Shown piece by piece: positions 19,593-28,472 of a stretch of DNA of 45,678 nt. Position 1 is the first letter of the stretch, and each line of letters starts with the position of its first letter. The notes under the pieces were generated by a model. The model had not been told where the DNA came from. It worked only from the letters and a program-made list of their open reading frames with translations, and ran no database searches. The position numbers and the translations under genes are program-made. The stretch is from assembly GCA_046050355.1 (NCBI GenBank), contig JBJOPW010000008.1:1-45678 (forward strand). Reading direction: 5' to 3'. The stretch comes from Candidatus Parcubacteria bacterium. Lineage in GTDB: Bacteria; Patescibacteriota; Minisyncoccia; Phycocordibacterales; UBA918.

Positions 19593-20186
19593 ATGATAGT
19601 CATCGATATCGAAGGGTCTGGTACTGAATACGCGTTACATTCAATTGTCTCACTCGGGGCAATTGATATGAGTAACCCAGAGCGGCAGTTTTATGCGGAG
19701 TGTCGCATCTGGGATGGTGCGCATATTATGGCGGAGGCGCTCGCGGTCAACGGCTTTACTGAAGCGCAAATCACTGACGTTACCAAGATGAGTGAAGCCG
19801 AGCTCGTCCTCCAGTTTATGGAGTGGACGCAGATGTGTAGTGACCGCACACTGGTCGGACAAAATGTGTCGTTTGACCGCGATATGCTCAAGGCAGCAGT
19901 GATGAGAGCGGGGGAGAATTGGACGTTACCATACCGGACGCTTGATACCCATACCATGTGCTACATGCATATGGTTAAGGCGGGTCTCACCCCACCGTTT
20001 GATGCCGAGCATAAGCGTACCGCCCTTAATCTTGATGCGGTACTCAACTACTGTGGTATTCCTGCCGAGCCAGATCCACACAATGCACTCACCGGAGCGA
20101 AGTGTCATGCAGAAGTAGCGTCACGACTCTTATACAATCGTCCACTTCTCCCCGAGTTTAGCGACTATCCACTGCCGTGGGCCTAA
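19593..20186 (+). CDS. DEDDh-family 3'-5' exonuclease
   Basis: IDIE, GQNVSFD, LDT, HNAL. Confidence 0.85.
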   Translation: MIVIDIEGSGTEYALHSIVSLGAIDMSNPERQFYAECRIWDGAHIMAEALAVNGFTEAQITDVTKMSEAELVLQFMEWTQMCSDRTLVGQNVSFDRDMLKAAVMRAGENWTLPYRTLDTHTMCYMHMVKAGLTPPFDAEHKRTALNLDAVLNYCGIPAEPDPHNALTGAKCHAEVASRLLYNRPLLPEFSDYPLPWA

Positions 20187-20210
20187 ACCTGCGTGGTACA
20201 ATACACGCAT

Positions 20211-20966
20211 ATGGTTCGAAAAGTTCTTGGTCTAACTCGCAAGAAGCGGGATGCTAAAGTGTCGAAAAATTTGCCACATTGCCGGGTCGTTACCGATTTA
20301 TTAGATCCAAAAGGTACCGATGGAGACGCTATTCAGTCGTGGCGAGTCTTTCGTATTATGTCCGAATTTGTATCGGGCTTTGAACTCTTGCGCAATCACG
20401 GACTGGCAGTTACCTTTTGGGGGAGTGCGAGGCTTTCACCAAACGACCCATACTACAAAATGGCCGAGGAACTCGCTGCTCGTCTCGCGAAGAAAGGCTT
20501 TTCGATTATTTCTGGCGGTGGACCGGGTATCATGGAGGCGTCAAACGTTGGTGCCTTCAAAGTCGGCGGTAAATCGGTTGGTCTCAATATTCAGTTGCCA
20601 TTTGAGCAAAAGCTCAATCCGTATATTACTGAATCACTCAACTTTGATTTCTTTTTCTCCCGTAAGGTGATGTTGACCTTTGCCTCTGAGGCCTATATCT
20701 ACTTCCCGGGTGGCTACGGCACGCTCGATGAGTTTTTTGAAATCATCACGCTCATTCAAACCAAGAAAATAGAGCGCATCCCAGTCGTCATGATTGGTAG
20801 TGAATTCTGGAACCCACTCATTGCCTGGTTTGAAAAAGAACTTCTCAAGAAGTTCAAAACTATTAGTAAAGAAGACCTTGATCTCTTTAAGGTATTTGAT
20901 GATATCAAAGAAGCTGAGAAGTACATTCTCAAGAACGTTGACTGTAACAACGTGAACCAACTCTAA
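20211..20966 (+). CDS. LOG family Rossmann-fold protein (TIGR00730-like)
   Basis: GSAR, SGGGPGIMEA, PGGYGTLDE. Confidence 0.93.
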   Translation: MVRKVLGLTRKKRDAKVSKNLPHCRVVTDLLDPKGTDGDAIQSWRVFRIMSEFVSGFELLRNHGLAVTFWGSARLSPNDPYYKMAEELAARLAKKGFSIISGGGPGIMEASNVGAFKVGGKSVGLNIQLPFEQKLNPYITESLNFDFFFSRKVMLTFASEAYIYFPGGYGTLDEFFEIITLIQTKKIERIPVVMIGSEFWNPLIAWFEKELLKKFKTISKEDLDLFKVFDDIKEAEKYILKNVDCNNVNQL

Positions 20967-20969
20967 GGT

Positions 20970-21809
20970 ATGACCTTTGTAGTTTTTGACATTGGCGGCA
21001 CCAAAACACGCATTGGCTTTTCGGCTGATGGCAAGAAGCTTGATACTGTAAAGTCATTCAAAACTGATGCAAAACCCGAACAAGGGCTAGCTGAGGTGGT
21101 AGCCGTGATTAAAGAGAATGCCAAAGACGTAACCGCCATTGCTGGTGGTGTTCGTGGTGTACTCCGGGAAGACCGTCTGGGTATCGACCATGACGGGATT
21201 TTGACCAAGTGGGCAAATATCTCGATCGTGGATTTCCTTGCTGGCGAGTTTACGGTGCCGGTATTCCTCGAGAACGATACGGCGCTCGCCGGACTTGGTG
21301 AGGCGATATACGGCGCTGGGAAAGGGGTGGGACTAGTCGTCTACCACACAGTCAGTACGGGGGTAGGGGGTGTCCGCATTGAGAACGGTGTCATTGATAT
21401 GGCGAGTGTTGGCTTTGAGCCTGGGCACCAGGTGCTTGATATCGACCGGACCATCCTCGGCGAGGACGTACCGCCGACCTTGGAGAATCTGGTCTCTGGT
21501 CGGGCCGTAGAGGGCCGTATGGGCGTAAAACCGTATGATATCGACCAAGAGGACGTCATTTGGGACGAATTGGCTGGCTACCTGGCTCAGGGTCTTCGTA
21601 ATACCGTACTCTACTGGTCGCCTGAAGCCATTATCCTCGGGGGCTCCATGATGGTAGGGGACCCAAAAATCCCTATTGATTCGGTCCGTCGGGCGACGGT
21701 GGCCGTCCTTGATGGGGTAATGCCGTGTCCGTTCATCACCACTGCCGAATTGGGAGATGAGGCTGGTGTCCACGGTGCCTTGGCCTTTTTGCAACAAAAA
21801 ATGAAATAG
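20970..21809 (+). CDS. ROK family sugar kinase
   Basis: DIGGTK, ENDT..A..GE, STGVGG, EPGH. Confidence 0.9.
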   Translation: MTFVVFDIGGTKTRIGFSADGKKLDTVKSFKTDAKPEQGLAEVVAVIKENAKDVTAIAGGVRGVLREDRLGIDHDGILTKWANISIVDFLAGEFTVPVFLENDTALAGLGEAIYGAGKGVGLVVYHTVSTGVGGVRIENGVIDMASVGFEPGHQVLDIDRTILGEDVPPTLENLVSGRAVEGRMGVKPYDIDQEDVIWDELAGYLAQGLRNTVLYWSPEAIILGGSMMVGDPKIPIDSVRRATVAVLDGVMPCPFITTAELGDEAGVHGALAFLQQKMK

Positions 21810-21955
21810 CGACCTCTTTTGGGTCGCTTGGGAGCATGTGAGCTGCCCCACCTATATGCGCCATGATATCCGTACACCCGTACGAGGGAGTGCCTAGGAC
21901 CCATTTAGCTTCAACTGTCGTTTCGCATACCAAACGACAAGCTAATTGGAACTGA
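21800..21955 (-). ncRNA. Candidate small structured RNA, family unknown
   Basis: TTGACA-16-TAAAGT promoter (21987-21960); hairpin TTAGCTT-GTCGTTT/AAACGAC-AAGCTAA; terminator AGCGACC/GGTCGCT. Confidence 0.45.
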
Positions 21956-22009
21956 CAATACTTTACTACAATAGATGAATTTGTCAAATAATACTGAGAA
22001 TAGTGGTAT

Positions 22010-22047
22010 GGCACAAAAAATGGCTCTATTGAGCCATTTTTTGTGCC
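22010..22047. repeat. Perfect 17-bp inverted repeat between divergent promoters
   Basis: GGCACAAAAAATGGCTC-TATT-GAGCCATTTTTTGTGCC. Confidence 0.85.
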
Positions 22048-22076
22048 TCAAACCAGCAAAAAACCACCCCATTTCA

Positions 22077-22105
22077 TTGACAGTAAGTCCAAAATGTGCT
22101 ACTAT
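22077..22105 (+). promoter_or_regulatory. Sigma70-type promoter
   Basis: TTGACA-17-TACTAT with TG extension. Confidence 0.8.
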
Positions 22106-22186
22106 AGGGGAAATCCGCAAAAGTCTGCTACGATAGTGCGGTTACCGGATTTGGGCGGTCCCCACCGGTATTACCAGTTAAGACAA

Positions 22187-22685
22187 ATGGCTTATTATAT
22201 CGACTATCGTCCTCGCCGTCGTTGCCGCTTCTACCGCATTTTCGGTACCGGAAACCATGGCCTACGGACAAATCACGACCACTGAAAGTGAAGTAAGTAC
22301 CTTGACCGTTGAGGCAAAATCAACTGCAGGATCAGCCAAAAAGGTGGCGTACGCCCCTGAAGCTGCTGCGGTCGGTGACACCGAAGCCGTCGTTCGTGCA
22401 TACTTTGCCGACGTACCGGTTATGATTCAGATAGCCCGCTGTGAGTCACATTTCCGTCACTATCTAGCTGACGGAACCGTCCTCCATGGACGCGTAGACA
22501 ATGCCGACACTGGGGTAATGCAAATCAACAAGCGTTACCACCAGAAGGCTGCGACTGCGATGGGTCTTAATCTCGATGATATTCACGGTAACATGGCGTA
22601 TGCCCGTCATCTCTATGAGACACAGGGTACACGACCATGGAATGCGTCAGCTCCTTGTTGGGCTAAGACGCTTGCCATGAACTAA
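22187..22685 (+). CDS. Secreted lysozyme-like/lytic transglycosylase domain protein, start uncertain
   Basis: IARCES, DTGVMQIN, PW..S..CW; in-frame signal-like LIISTIVLAVVAASTAF upstream of ATG 22257, while ATG 22187 is 1 nt out of frame. Confidence 0.75.
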
Positions 22686-22713
22686 TCTCCACCATCGAGC
22701 ACAAGCGAAAGCA

Positions 22714-22747
22714 AAAACAAAACACCCCGTACGGGGTGTTTTGTTTT
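22714..22747. terminator. Bidirectional terminator (perfect 34-bp palindrome)
   Basis: AAAACAAAACACCCCGT|ACGGGGTGTTTTGTTTT between convergent genes. Confidence 0.85.
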
Positions 22748-22764
22748 GTTAATCAATCTGTTGA

Positions 22765-23166
22765 TTATTTGATCTTCCAACCGTTACCAGCACCAAATGC
22801 CATAACATAGAGAAGTCCACCAACAATCGCGAGGTTCTTGAGGGTCGCTATATCGTTCATAGGCTGACTCCAGTCACGGTGTCCGAAGTAGGTCGCTCCC
22901 AGGGTAAAGAGGATAAGGGCTAGGGCAGCGTGTTCTACTTTGTAGCCAAGGACGAGGGCGAGACCGCCACCAAGCTTAACAGCGAGTACTACCCAGTAGG
23001 CCAGGGCTGCCATCGGGACACCAACTGATGCGTAAAATGCCGTTGTGCCTTCAGCTCCACCGGTAAGCATACCGTAACCGGCGTAGAGGAAGAGGAGACC
23101 AATAAGGGTGCGTCCGAGCAGAATGCCGTTACTCTGTAACGTCTTTCGTTGTGATTCGTTTATCAT
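22765..23166 (-). CDS. DoxX family membrane protein
   Basis: LLGR..IG..F, 4 TM, H, KNLAI.GGLL. Confidence 0.88.
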   Translation of the reverse strand: MINESQRKTLQSNGILLGRTLIGLLFLYAGYGMLTGGAEGTTAFYASVGVPMAALAYWVVLAVKLGGGLALVLGYKVEHAALALILFTLGATYFGHRDWSQPMNDIATLKNLAIVGGLLYVMAFGAGNGWKIK

Positions 23167-23276
23167 ATAAATATATGAAATAAATTAAATGTAAAATATT
23201 TTTCGTCTATCGTCATTGTGGTCACTTTGACTAAAGGGCAATAGACAGCAACTCATTCCACTTATATTATACATCA

Positions 23277-23735
23277 ATGGCAAAACGCTATTGGCTCATG
23301 AAGAGCGAACCGAGTGAATTCGGTATTACTGACCTCGAAAGGAAGGCTGAGTCGCTTTGGGACGGAATCCGGAACTACCAGGTTCGAAACCTGATTCGAG
23401 ACGACATGAAAGTGGGGGACAAAGCCCTCTTTTACCACTCGTCGTGCAAAGAGGTTGGGGTAGTAGGGGAGATGGAGATAGCAGGTGTGCCGGTACCAGA
23501 TCCCACTCAGTTTGACCCGAAGAGTCACTACTACGACCCTAAGTCCCCACGCGAGAACCCGCGCTGGCTCGCTATCCCGGTGCGGCATGTCAGTACCTGG
23601 GGCAGGGTAGTGTCCCTCGCCGAACTCCGTGCCACCCCAGCACTCAAGGACATGACCATCCTCAAAACGGGTAATCGGCTTTCGATTACTGAGATTACGA
23701 AAGAGGAGTATAATAGTATAAAGCAATTGCAATAA
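23277..23735 (+). CDS. EVE domain protein
   Basis: YWLMKSEP, WDGIRNYQ.RN, FYHS, NRLSI. Confidence 0.95.
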   Translation: MAKRYWLMKSEPSEFGITDLERKAESLWDGIRNYQVRNLIRDDMKVGDKALFYHSSCKEVGVVGEMEIAGVPVPDPTQFDPKSHYYDPKSPRENPRWLAIPVRHVSTWGRVVSLAELRATPALKDMTILKTGNRLSITEITKEEYNSIKQLQ

Positions 23736-23739
23736 CCGT

Positions 23740-24183
23740 ATGGCCGAAATAAAAACTAAAGCCACTAAAGCGAGTGTGCCAGCGTATATCAAGCAACTAG
23801 CGAACCCTGAGGTACGCCAAGATTGTGTCGAGCTCGTGAAGCTGTTCAGGGATGTTACTGGAGAAAAACCAGTGTTGTGGGGAACAAGTATCATTGGTTT
23901 TGGTAGTTATCACTATGAATCTACTCGGAGTGATCAGAAAGGGGACTGGCCACTGACTGCCTTTGCGCCACGAGCGACCAATATCACGCTCTATATCATG
24001 CCAGGCTTCACCGAGTATGAAGTACTAATGAAAAAATTAGGCAAACACAAAACCGGGAAATCGTGCCTCTACATAAAGCGACTGGCTGATATTGATATGG
24101 CGGTACTGCGAACCCTGATTACCAAATCGGTAGCGGACATGAAAAAGCGGTATGCAGTGTCTAAGGTAGTAAATAAAAAGTGA
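23740..24183 (+). CDS. DUF1801 (YdhG-like) protein
   Basis: WGTSIIGFGSYHY, FAPR, LGKHKTGKSCLYIKRL. Confidence 0.9.
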   Translation: MAEIKTKATKASVPAYIKQLANPEVRQDCVELVKLFRDVTGEKPVLWGTSIIGFGSYHYESTRSDQKGDWPLTAFAPRATNITLYIMPGFTEYEVLMKKLGKHKTGKSCLYIKRLADIDMAVLRTLITKSVADMKKRYAVSKVVNKK

Positions 24184-24206
24184 TTGCAAAAGATTGTTGA
24201 TTAGTT

Positions 24207-24530
24207 ATGACAAAAAGTTACAAAATTGTTGTGTTTGCACCCGAAACTCATGCCGCTATATTGCGTGAAGCCATGGGCAAAGCGGGGGCAGGGAAGATAG
24301 GGGACTATGAGCACTGCACCTTCTCAATTAAGGGGGTAGGGCGGTTCCGTCCAGTTGTGGGAGCCAATCCTACCATTGGCGAAGTCGGGACACTCGAAGC
24401 GGTTAATGAAGAGCGAATTGAAACTGTATGCGCCCCTGAGCTACTTGAAACTGTACTCGCAGCCATCCGTGTCGTTCACCCGTACGAAGAACCGGCGACT
24501 GAGGTGTATGAAATTTTAGTTGCAAAGTAA
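24207..24530 (+). CDS. YqfO/NIF3 PII-like domain protein
   Basis: KIVVF.P, AGAGKIGDY..C.F, HPYEEPA. Confidence 0.9.
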   Translation: MTKSYKIVVFAPETHAAILREAMGKAGAGKIGDYEHCTFSIKGVGRFRPVVGANPTIGEVGTLEAVNEERIETVCAPELLETVLAAIRVVHPYEEPATEVYEILVAK

Positions 24531-24595
24531 CCAAAACCAGAGTATTTTTAGGGCAAAGTTCACCTTAAGTTCCATGACCAGAGGAGGTCTACCAC

Positions 24596-25154
24596 ATGCC
24601 TGAAATCGAACACGTGCAGGGTCGCTTTCTTGAAATGCGGCGGTTGCAGTTGTACGCTTGCTATGAAGTGATGATTCGCAAAGATGCCCTCGTGTCACTC
24701 GTGCAGTTTCCTGAGGATACAGAGATTCTCAAGCTCTGGCAGGAGATCAATCAGAGCAGACTCAGCGCGTTGCGCCAACCCCCCGAGTCGGCCGTACGCG
24801 AAGTACTTTCTTTTGGCTCCGATTGCCGAGGAGGTACGGCACCCGGCATACTTCCTCACGAGGCTAGAAGCACGGTGCGTCTGCATCACGCCGGCGTTCA
24901 CACCTACAGACTTGGCGACGGCGCGGATCAACCTCTCGCACTCTCCGCTCTTTTTGGTCAGTTACGACCAAAACGGCGAGCTCTGCGAAGCTTTCGTCAC
25001 AGCAGAGCAGGCAGCCAACATCCTCAATCCGGAGTTCTCGAGACACCGCCTGATGGGCGACGTCATCGAACTCCAGGGTTCGAGAATTGTCCGCCGAACC
25101 GTGACAGTCGAAGAGCGGAAGATGATTAACGATATGGCTTGGAGAAACGGGTAG
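24596..25154 (+). pseudogene. Orphan gene apparently split by a +1 frameshift near the C6 tract at 24779-24784
   Basis: GAGGAGGT SD at ATG 24596; protein-like sequence continues in the +1 frame (ORF 24684..25154); hairpin 25209-25234 follows. Confidence 0.5.
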
Positions 25155-25329
25155 GGGAGAGACCAGAGTCAGCAATCCGGCGTAAGTCGAGAACAATTAG
25201 CTACTGCGGAAAGCCACTTTCTACGGTGGCTTTCGTCTTTTAACGAGGGCAGGGGATGATTATATTGACAATACTGTGTTTAATGTCATTATTGCTGGTA
25301 AATCTGAACAAAAATATACGAGGTCTTTG

Positions 25330-25857
25330 ATGCCGAAGTTGTATCACTTGAAACCGGCCAAGCTGGCTGGGAATACGCTGTTGCCGCTCGCGGGGCTTCG
25401 AGACAAGTATCCGGAAGTCTACGTCAAGGCCCTGGAGAAGTACAAGGGTAGGGGAGAGGTACCGCTTAAGTTCATCCCCTTGCTTGATTGCTCGTGGGAA
25501 GACGTCATCTTCCTTAGTCCGGTGCATCCGCAGGTGCTCCATATGGAGCTCTCAGCCTGTGGCTACGACGGACTCATCGGGGCAGAGGCTTACGTCATCG
25601 ATGCGGAGAGCCTCATGCAACAGACTCCCGGCCGACTGCGTCTTGTGGTTTATGAATTCGCTGAAGATGGTCGGGATAGCTATTATCAAGCTGACGAGCA
25701 TCTGCGCTACGCGCGCATGAGTAATGTCACCCGCAGCCACTACCGGGACGCCGTCAGGGAGGGGCAGCGACCGTTTCTCTTCCATGGCGTCACCCACGTC
25801 ATGTACCACGGTGAAATCTGCGTCGATGGTCTACCCGTCGTCCGTGTGGCAGCATGA
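25330..25857 (+). CDS. Hypothetical protein
   Basis: TTGACA promoter, GAGG SD; LYH..P, L.PL..L, IP.LDC.W.DVIFLSP.HP, PFLF....HV. Confidence 0.75.
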   Translation: MPKLYHLKPAKLAGNTLLPLAGLRDKYPEVYVKALEKYKGRGEVPLKFIPLLDCSWEDVIFLSPVHPQVLHMELSACGYDGLIGAEAYVIDAESLMQQTPGRLRLVVYEFAEDGRDSYYQADEHLRYARMSNVTRSHYRDAVREGQRPFLFHGVTHVMYHGEICVDGLPVVRVAA

Positions 25858-25906
25858 AAGTAGCAAGAAAAACCCACCCCGGCCACTGACATGGCCGGGT
25901 TTGTCG

Positions 25907-26863
25907 TTATTTCTTGAGCGGATGGAACTCGCGGTGGGTGGTTTCGGCGTAACGATCGCTTGCATGCACATAGCGGGTGGTGGTCTCGAGTGACTCGTGG
26001 CCGAGGAGGACCTGGATAGCGGCGGGGTTTGCGCCTTGTTCAGCGAGGTAGGTGGCAAAGCCGTGACGGAGACTGTGTGCACTCGTTTTTATCGCCATCC
26101 CGAGGTATTCGCGATACCACTTTATCTTCATCTGCACGTAGTTGGGGGAGATGTGTTTCTTTTTGTTCGCAGCATTGAGACCACGTTCGGCCACAAAGAT
26201 AAACGGATTTTCGTCATCGCGAAGCTTCAGATACTCACGGATATAGCCCTCAGCGCGGGGAGTGAGGTAGATAAAGCGGCGCTTCCGACCTTTACCTTCA
26301 ACAAATATCTTGCCGGTGTGATCGAGCTGATTGATACGCAGCGAAATGAGTTCAGAGATACGCATGCCACTCGCAAACAGGGTCTCGAGCATGGCGCGGT
26401 TGCGCTTTTGCACAAACTCATCTTTTTCAATCGTAGTCGGACACTCAATCAGTTTGATCATCTCTTCGAACTCAGCAATCTGACCATGCTGTTTGCCCAT
26501 ACGCAGCAGCTTGATAGCCGTCGGGGGGACGGGGACTGGTTCGTCCATATCCATGAGGAAACTGAGGTAGCGGCGGAGTGACGTCAGGTGACGATTAATA
26601 GAGCCACTTTTGAGCTTCGTGTCTGATTCCTCACCCTGGGCTGTCTTGCGAGTGGGGGAGTTGAGGTAGGCCTTGTACTGCTCGATGGTCTTTTTCGTGA
26701 CTTTGTCAAAAGAGAGCCCCCCGAGCTCTTCCTCTAGAAAATGCGCAAAGGTATCAAGATCCCGCTCGTAGTTGTAGAGAGTCTCGTGTGAATAGTTGTT
26801 CGCTTGGATGTGCAGCAAAAAATCATCGATACTCGGCAGGTGATTGCTTTGTGGTCTAATCAT
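25907..26863 (-). CDS. Xer-family tyrosine recombinase
   Basis: SAM-like N-domain (T..NY..DL..F), SGMRISE, GKG.K.R, HSLRHGFAT, LLGH..L.TT.RY. Confidence 0.95.
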   Translation of the reverse strand: MIRPQSNHLPSIDDFLLHIQANNYSHETLYNYERDLDTFAHFLEEELGGLSFDKVTKKTIEQYKAYLNSPTRKTAQGEESDTKLKSGSINRHLTSLRRYLSFLMDMDEPVPVPPTAIKLLRMGKQHGQIAEFEEMIKLIECPTTIEKDEFVQKRNRAMLETLFASGMRISELISLRINQLDHTGKIFVEGKGRKRRFIYLTPRAEGYIREYLKLRDDENPFIFVAERGLNAANKKKHISPNYVQMKIKWYREYLGMAIKTSAHSLRHGFATYLAEQGANPAAIQVLLGHESLETTTRYVHASDRYAETTHREFHPLKK

Positions 26864-26913
26864 AAAACCATTATACAACGGCAGTGGGGCACCTCCCTTT
26901 AGGGCTGTTGATA

Positions 26914-26941
26914 ACTGAGTATAATAACTCTAATACTCAGT
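26914..26941. other. Candidate dif site (11-6-11)
   Basis: ACTGAGTATAA-TAACTC-TAATACTCAGT; arms 10/11 inverted; 50 bp upstream of the xer ATG at a gene-orientation switch. Confidence 0.6.
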
Positions 26942-27504
26942 ATTATATCTAAAATAAAGCTTATTTCGCCATAGGGCTGCTATTGCCCAATTCGGCCTTA
27001 ATTACCATTGTCTCTCTATACCCCTTCTCTTCCCTCATGTCTACAACATTTATCTTCTTTCCTTTTAATTTTGCCTTGGTTTATTTTTCTCTCGTTTTTT
27101 CTGTCCCAGGATTTTGGCAAATTTTCCACGTGATACTTGTATCACGTCAAAATGCCTCCGGAGCTCATTTTTGCCCTGGGCTCTCGCTCTGGTACATTTT
27201 TGACCTGATGTCTGTATCGTCTCAAATGTCCTGCGAAGCTCCTAGAGGCGTATACGCCCTCGTATGCGAGGCATTTAGGAGTCAATATATGCGGTCTATC
27301 ACCATAATCTTTTATTGGATTTATCCCAACTTGATCACCGTACTTTTTTGCGGTTTCAGCAAAATTGCAAAATCTGATTTTTAATCAAAATTATTACTCG
27401 CCGTGTTGAGCCGGTACGTGCCCTTGGCCACACAAAGCTTCTGAGCTGTGGCGGCGTACTATAAAAACTGCTCTGACTCCCCTGTTATCCTAATTATAAC
27501 ATAA

Positions 27505-28146
27505 TTACAAAATGTCAAGTAAGGCAGGGAAGTCACGAATGTCATCAATGATGTGGCGAGCAGCAGCTTGTACCTCTGGCTTGCACCACGAGAAGGTCAC
27601 CCCATTCCCTGTCAGTTGGAAAAGGGTAATGTCATTGGTGCTGTCTCCTATAGCGACGCAGTCTGTCAGGTCAATATTCCTTTTCTTGCAGTAGTCACGG
27701 AGGATGTTTGCCTTGGCTTCTCCTTCTTCCCCGCTACTGATGAAGTGATGAAAGTAACCGGCGTCGTCAAAAGCGATGTCAGATGTTGCAAACACCGCAT
27801 CAGCCTGCGTCATGCTACCTACGGCTTCGACCATCTCTCGAAAGCCGCCACTAATCAGTAAAATCACATGACCATGTGCCTTAAGTGTTTGTGTGGTTTC
27901 CAAAACGCCAGTACGTAACTCAAAATCAAGCAGTGTCTTTGTCGCGATGTCACGAGTGAGTAGATGTCGTTCTCGGTAGAGGTCTTCAAGCTGTTTGGTC
28001 CAGGTGTGGTAGTCATAGTCGCCCTGCATAAAGCCACTGTAGAGGGCAAAATCCTCGTCTGCGGTGATGCCGGCAGCAGCATTAAGTCGTTCCCAGCTGC
28101 CAGAGGTGGTGAGAGTGTCGTCGACATCGAAGATGATGGTTTTCAT
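27505..28146 (-). CDS. HAD-IB hydrolase (phosphoserine phosphatase-like)
   Basis: FDVDDTL, ISGG, K, GDSTND. Confidence 0.9.
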   Translation of the reverse strand: MKTIIFDVDDTLTTSGSWERLNAAAGITADEDFALYSGFMQGDYDYHTWTKQLEDLYRERHLLTRDIATKTLLDFELRTGVLETTQTLKAHGHVILLISGGFREMVEAVGSMTQADAVFATSDIAFDDAGYFHHFISSGEEGEAKANILRDYCKKRNIDLTDCVAIGDSTNDITLFQLTGNGVTFSWCKPEVQAAARHIIDDIRDFPALLDIL

Positions 28147-28176
28147 ACTGTGTCAGTATACGCAAAATCTATTTTC

Positions 28177-28401
28177 TTGACAAAAATCAACCTCGTGATT
28201 AGATAGATTTATGAAAGACATATTCCGTCAGTCATATACCTGGAAGCAACTCGCCGATTATGGGCGTAAGGCTTTTCCTATGGTCATTTGTGATCATAAG
28301 AACCTGGTATATAGCCGCGGAATTTGTATGTTTGTATAGATAACTCTTTATCTCACTATAGAAACCCCTCGGCTGTGATACCAGAGCCTGAAGGGGTTTT
28401 T
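28177..28401 (+). promoter_or_regulatory. Promoter, structured leader with 42-aa uORF (28211-28339) and attenuator-like terminator (28362-28401)
   Basis: TTGACA-17-TAGATA; nested stems; AAACCCCT/AGGGGTTT followed by T-run before the MFS gene. Confidence 0.6.
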
Positions 28402-28472
28402 GTATCACTGCACACATTACAAGTCTAAAACCTGTGCGTATGCACACACAAGCAGAAGAAGGAGTTCTTCCC

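Noticed and set aside
22112-22148. c-di-GMP-I riboswitch (GCAAA...GCGGTTACCG)
   Set aside because: Lacks the GGCAAACC/GNRA stem and tetraloop receptor; too short
23274-23894. Long antisense ORFs (also 2305-2928, 11295-11921, 25997-26581, 45041-45655)
   Set aside because: Shadows of better-supported genes on the opposite strand
24596-26863. Integron with gene cassettes
   Set aside because: The recombinase shows no IntI-specific insertion, no attC-like GTTRRRY sites were found, and the neighbours have their own promoters
26983-27384. 133-aa ORF
   Set aside because: TTG start, no initiation signal, composition explained by pyrimidine skew
28362-28401. IS200-like end, since AAACCCCTCGG resembles the sequence at 45570
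   Set aside because: Match is only ~10 nt and the hairpin plus T-run is better explained as a terminator
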